Assembly: GCF_009914755.1 (NCBI RefSeq) | Contig: NC_060929.1 | Reading direction: 5' to 3' (one strand) | DNA length: 64,000 bases | From: the human T2T-CHM13v2.0 reference genome, Homo sapiens | Shown: in pieces, positions 56,755 to 64,000 of the stretch | Layout: each line of letters starts with the position of its first letter | Position numbering within the stretch: position 1 is the stretch's first letter | The notes under the pieces: generated by a model | The model's input: only the letters and a program-made list of their open reading frames with translations | The model's database searches: none | Told to the model about the DNA's origin: nothing | Program-made: the position numbers and the translations under genes

Positions 56755-57700
56755 TTCGTACTCGTGATGTCCTTGGTCAAGGGCTCTCCTCTGGGCCGGT
56801 GGTGGTTGCAGAGAGAAGCCCCCGCCGCCGTCGCTCCTCGGGAAAGGAAGTCGCGGGTGAACAACCGAATATGCGATGAAAAGGGCAAAGTAAGAAAGCG
56901 CACAGCGGCCCCCGCCCCGTGGAGCGCTCCTTTGGTCCCAGGCGGGAGGCTTGCTGGAGCCCAGGAGCTGGAGGCTGCAGTGAGCCGTGTTCGCCCCACT
57001 GCACTCCAACCTGGGCGGCAGAAGAGCGAGACCTCGTCTCTAAAAAAACTCAAGAAACTAAAAAAAGAAAGCACATCTCTTCCAGCAGAAGGCTCCCGGA
57101 GGCCCGGGCTGAGGAGGAACTGGGAGAATGGGGCAGCAAAGAGAAAGGGAGAGCAGCTTTGCCTCTGAGGCGGCCTTGGCCATTTGCTGTAGGGCCTCGC
57201 TGCCTTCGCACTGGGGCCACCTGGGTGAAGTTTACCCTGGCTCCCGCCTGCTGCACCGTCACCTCCGGCCCCTCATTACGGAAATGAAGACCACTAAGGA
57301 GCATGAGCGTCGTAACCGCCCGCCTGGGGTTGACTTCTCTTGGGGTGATCAGCCACGTGACCCTAGCCACCCGCCTCCTTTACACTACGCCCCAGGATCC
57401 CCGGCGGCAGAGATAAAGAGCTGGACTTTAGACTCAGACGACCGCGCTCTTAAACCTTAGATGACCTCATCCCAGCCAGGTGATCTCGCAAGCTCCCGAC
57501 GCTGTGCTCAGCTCCTGTCTCCTGCGCTTGGGTAAGCGCTTCTTAGCCCGGCCCCGCCAGGGTTACGCGGAGGATTGAATGGCACTCTTCCCACACTGTG
57601 CCTGGCGCGTCCAGGCTCGGTCACTTAAGGCTGCTTTCCTGAACCACCGCAGGTCCCTTTTCCCACAGCCGCTCGAGTCCCCGTCAGCAGCTTGCTTGCC
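56755..57700. promoter_or_regulatory. Orphan CpG island, including a CpG-retaining FRAM (56941-57068) and MIR-like sequence
   Basis: About 950 bp of GC-rich sequence with dense CpG and GC boxes (ccccgccc 56910, cccgcc 57370, ggccccgcc 57550). Confidence 0.75.
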
Positions 57701-58194
57701 CTCTCAGGACTTGTTTGCAGGGTGCTAAAATGGCACTGGGGCTGTGGTGGCTGGCAAAGCACCCTGCAAATATTAATCCCCTTTCCATCCCTAAAACTTT
57801 GAGACCCGCCATTTAGCCTTACGGGGCCCGGTTTCCTCCTCTAGAAGCTGAAGATAAGTGAGACACTTCCACATGAGGTTGTACATTTACTATTCATTCA
57901 GCCAGCCGTTTTTTTTTTTTGAAGTGCTGGGCACAGTGTGGTCTCAGGCAGGCCCTACCCATGTCCTCCTCTCTCTTTCCCCTGGCGGGTGTGCAGGCCC
58001 CTGGAGGTTCCCAGGGCTAGTCTAGGCACCAGAATGCTGCTCGGTGAGAAATCTCAGAGCAATGTGGAAGCTTCTAATAGAGCTGTATTTACTCAACCAC
58101 AAGGGACTAGCCTTTATTCTGAAATTTCCTGTTTGTATCTAGTTGTTAAAATGTCCATTTCTTTTATGAAATGACGGTAACCAGGGCTGGGAGT

Positions 58195-58700
<506 letters not shown>

Positions 58701-58738
58701 GTTATTTAGCAAAATTAAAAGTTGACAGGCAACTCCAG

Positions 58739-59624
<886 letters not shown>

Positions 59625-59741
59625 TCTGGGTATTTTTAAATGCTCTTGGTCTGTGGAATCCAAAAACCAACTCCTTTTCAGGAGGTCATGTGAGATGGTA
59701 TCTTAAGGGTGATGAGGCAGCCCCAGGACAGACCTAGATTC

Positions 59742-59963
59742 CTTTTTGTTTGTTTGTTTTGAGATGAGATCTTGCTCTGCGCCTAGGTTGAAGTGCAGTG
59801 ACAAAATCTCGGCTTAGAGCAGCCTCAACCTCCTGGGCTCGAGCGGTCCTCCCACCTCAGCCTCCCAAGTAGCTGGGACTACAGATGTGCACCACCACAC
59901 ACGGCTATTTTTTTCTTTTTTGTATTTTTTTCTTTTTTCTTTTTCTCTGGCTGTGTTGCCCAG
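59742..59963 (-). mobile_element. AluJ, partial
   Basis: Antisense right arm and linker; CAGACCTAGATTC on both flanks. Confidence 0.8.
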
Positions 59964-60349
59964 ACCTAGATTCTAATCTCAGACCCTCCTCTAGTTAGCT
60001 CAGTAGCCTTAGGCAAGTTACTTTGATTTCTCTGAGCCTCAAATTTCTCACACAGAAAAATGGGTATAATACTGATTTCCTAAATTAAATTATGCATGTG
60101 TAAACACCAATAATTACCATTTCTAGAGCATTCTTTTGTGTTACAGCCAATGTTAAATGCTTTACATGCATTATTGCATTTTATCCTCACAAACTTATGG
60201 GGTCAGTTCATTTATTACCCCCATTCTTCAGATAAGAAAACTGAGAAGGTACAGGCGTGGTGTGTGCCGGATACATTGTAGGCCTTGAATAAATTGTGTC
60301 ATAAATAAAGAAAAAAAAGCAAGCCTTCCAATATGCGCTTTCCTACCTG

Positions 60350-60368
60350 TTACCACTAGGTGGCAGCA
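60350..60368 (+). promoter_or_regulatory. CTCF core motif
   Basis: TTACCACTAGGTGGCAGCA matches CCASYAGRKGGCRS fully, in non-Alu sequence. Confidence 0.75.
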
Positions 60369-60461
60369 AAGACAGGCAGACGAGCCAGCCTTTGCGCTTA
60401 GCTGAAAATGTATTCCTAAAAATTAATTTGCTTATTTAGATGAAATTGTATTCCTGCATTA

Positions 60462-61410
60462 TTTTTTATTTTTACTTTTTATTTTTGAGACGAAATTTCA
60501 CTCTTGTTGCCCAGGCTGGAGTGCAATGGCGCCATCTCGTCTCACCACAACTTAACGCCCCCCGGGTTCAAGCGATTCTCCTGCCTCAGCCTCCCGAAAA
60601 GCTGGGATTACAGGCATGCGCCACCAAGCCCGGCTAATTTTTTTTTTTTTTTTTTTTTTTTTGTAGTTTTAGTGGAGACAGTGTTCCTCCATGTTGGCCA
60701 GGTTGGTCTTGAACTCAAACCTCCGACCTCAGGTGATCCGCCTGCCTCGGCCTCCCAAAGTGCTGGGATTACAGGCGTGAGCCACCACACCCGGCCTCCT
60801 GCGTTCTTTTACTAAGTATTTATGTGCCAAGTGATTTACAAGAACTAGTTATATTCTCGTCACAACCATATGTGAGATTTGCTATTACCAGTTTACAAAG
60901 GCGGAGACTGGGGCTGAGAGGTATGACTTCCTAAGGGCCACACAGCTAGAAAATGACATGAATTAAGTTAAACGTGTGGTATGAATACTTCTAAAAGTTT
61001 TCTATGCCAATATACCTGAGTTGCTGTATAGATATTTTTAGAGAAAAGGGGAGTAATGGGAGTAATTTTGTTTGTGTGTGTTTTTAGAATTCTGATCATA
61101 CATATTATTCTTTTTTTTTTTTTTTTTTTTTTTGAGACAGAGTCTCACTCTGTTGCCCAGGCTGGAGTGCAATGGCGCCATCTCTGCAACCTCCATCTCC
61201 CAGGTTCAAGCGGCGATTCTCGCGCCTCAGCCTCCCGAGTAGCTGGAATTACAGGCGAGCTACCACACCCAGCTAATTTTTGTATTTTTTCGTAGAGACG
61301 GGGCTTCACCATGTTGGCCAGGCTGGTCTCAAACTCCTGACCTCAAGTGATCCACCTGCCTCGGCCTCCCGAAGTGCTGGGATTACAGGCGTGAGCCACC
61401 GCGCCTGGCC
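60462..61410 (-). mobile_element. Two antisense AluS (60462-60796, 61111-61410)
   Basis: Full Alus with T-tails; relatively CpG-rich. Confidence 0.9.
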
Positions 61411-61956
61411 CATTTTATTCTTTAATTTTCTTCTTTCACCTGCCAGTGAATCTTAGAAACATTTCCAAGGAATCCATTCTTTTTGGCATCTGTACAGTAT
61501 TCTATAGTGTGGGTGGATCACAAAATGTCTAGGTAATAAACCCTCTGTGGCTAGTCATCTGAATTACTTCTAATTTTTTGCTTTTACCAAAAAACAAAGA
61601 AAAATGTTCCAGAAATATCCACAAACAGATGTCACTGTGATGGTGTTTCTGTCAGTAGACTCCCAGGCGTGTGACCCCTGGGTTGTGGGGTGTGTGTAGC
61701 TGGGGTTGGTAAAGATGCTGGTCACTCACAGGTGGGTTGTGCCCATTTTCATCCCACCCATGGTGCCGGACAGAGCCTGTTTCCTCATGGCTTGGCCAAC
61801 CCTGGAGGTTATCAATGTTTATTATTTTTTTTTTTTTGCTAATTTATTAATAATATGAAAAAAGTTTTAGTAAACAATTTAGTAATAGACTAAGCTACCT
61901 TAAAACAAAATGAGCTTCACTCTTCCTTGCAGGTGATCAGTCATGAGTTTGCATGG

Positions 61957-62880
<924 letters not shown>

Positions 62881-64000
62881 GAGTCTGCATGGCCAAGACA
62901 GTCTCTAGGGGGAGAGAGGAGTGAAGAAAATGTCTCAGGTCCTTTCCCGGCAGAGATCCCAGCTGAGTGTACCCCCCTCTGTCTGTGCCTGGGGCACACA
63001 CACATTGCCACTTTTAAGGTTTTACTGTGCAAGCCCCATCATCACAATCTGACTAGAAGCCCCCTAAGTTACTACTGTGCTTTCACTGACATGAGAATTG
63101 TGCATGATTCATCCTGTAGGGCAGCGTGGATGGGGAAGGACTGGCCCACTGCCAGGGGGTGGGGAGGGTCACTTCTACTCCCCTGACACCATGCCACACC
63201 TTAGCTCATTGATTCCTCACTGTCCCTATCAGGTAAGAGCTATGATTTTCCCCATTTTACAGATGAGGAAACTGAGGCTTAGGGACGTGGAAGCACCCAT
63301 TGGCATAAAAAGCATGGCATAGTGGGCAGTGCAGACCCAGGATAAGGTCAGAAAAACCAAACTAACTGGCATGGGGGGGTTGGAGGCACTCCTAGACCCA
63401 CAAGGGATGCAGAAGCACCCCAGGCAGGGCCCAGAGGCGCCAGGTAGGACCCACAGCAGTGAGGCTGGCAAGGGTTTTCCCAGAGAGGGCAACCTGGGTG
63501 TTCTTGCCCCACCTCTCCTGGGGCTGCCGGTCCTGCCCCCAGGAACATGTTATCTGTGTCCTGGGGACAAAGCTGCAGATTCTCACCAGCTGAGGCCTTC
63601 CTGGCAGGTGGCGTCCAACCTTTGGACATGTAAACAGCCTTGGCCTGACCAGGGGTGGCCCAGCTTGGCCTTGGGGCCTGCAGACCTGTGCATGCCCAGG
63701 CAGGTGTGTGTGAATATGTTTAGGGCCATAAGGGTGTGTTTGGGTCTCCACACATCCACTTGGGATTGGATCTGGGGGCCAAGGACATCTCATTCATCTT
63801 GCTACCTCCCCATACCCTGGGGAATCCCCAGGTTACTTCCTAAAAGAGGACCAGGCTGGAACCAAGAAATCCCAGAAGAACCTGAGGACCAGAGAGGGGC
63901 TGACATGTGCCTAGGACCACACAGCAGACAGAGCCAGGTCCATAAATCGCTCTGCTGCAGACCCTGACCCTGCTGGTCCTACTGCCTCCCACCCACCACC

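Noticed and set aside
63329-63967. 212-aa ORF
   Set aside because: Non-ATG start, no recognisable domain, and overlapping ORFs on the other strand as expected in GC-rich DNA.

Overview
Primate, most likely human, intergenic DNA that is very rich in repeats, with no supportable cellular protein-coding exon. A 61-nt minus-strand match to the MIR3141 precursor (5984-6044) and an 8.7-kb HERV-K(HML-2) provirus about 40 kb downstream suggest human 5q33.2, between HAND1 and LARP1 (provirus alias K18b). That locus assignment is from memory, not from a search. The main element is a type-2 HML-2 provirus of the older LTR5A/5B kind on the minus strand (45928-54638). It has a perfect 6-bp target-site duplication (TSD, AGTAAT), is nested in a Charlie5/MER33-like DNA transposon, and its LTRs differ by about 4.7% (hand count). 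gag, pol and env are broken, but a spliced 105-aa Rec reading frame and the mature protease domain remain open. The provirus also shows a rewritten primer-binding site, a ~0.9-1 kb pol deletion and an apparent G-to-A excess. Other content: a 5'-truncated L1PA3-like element with one ORF2 stop, about 50 Alu/FLAM/FRAM copies (several nested or inverted), THE1/MLT LTRs, MER44/MER5 DNA elements, orphan CpG-rich regions, a strong CTCF motif and several non-repeat blocks dense in developmental TF motifs (candidate enhancers). I found no convincing new 'system'; the best leads are the provirus mutation pattern, the Rec frame and the candidate enhancers. Repeat boundaries and subfamilies were called by eye and are approximate unless a TSD is quoted.
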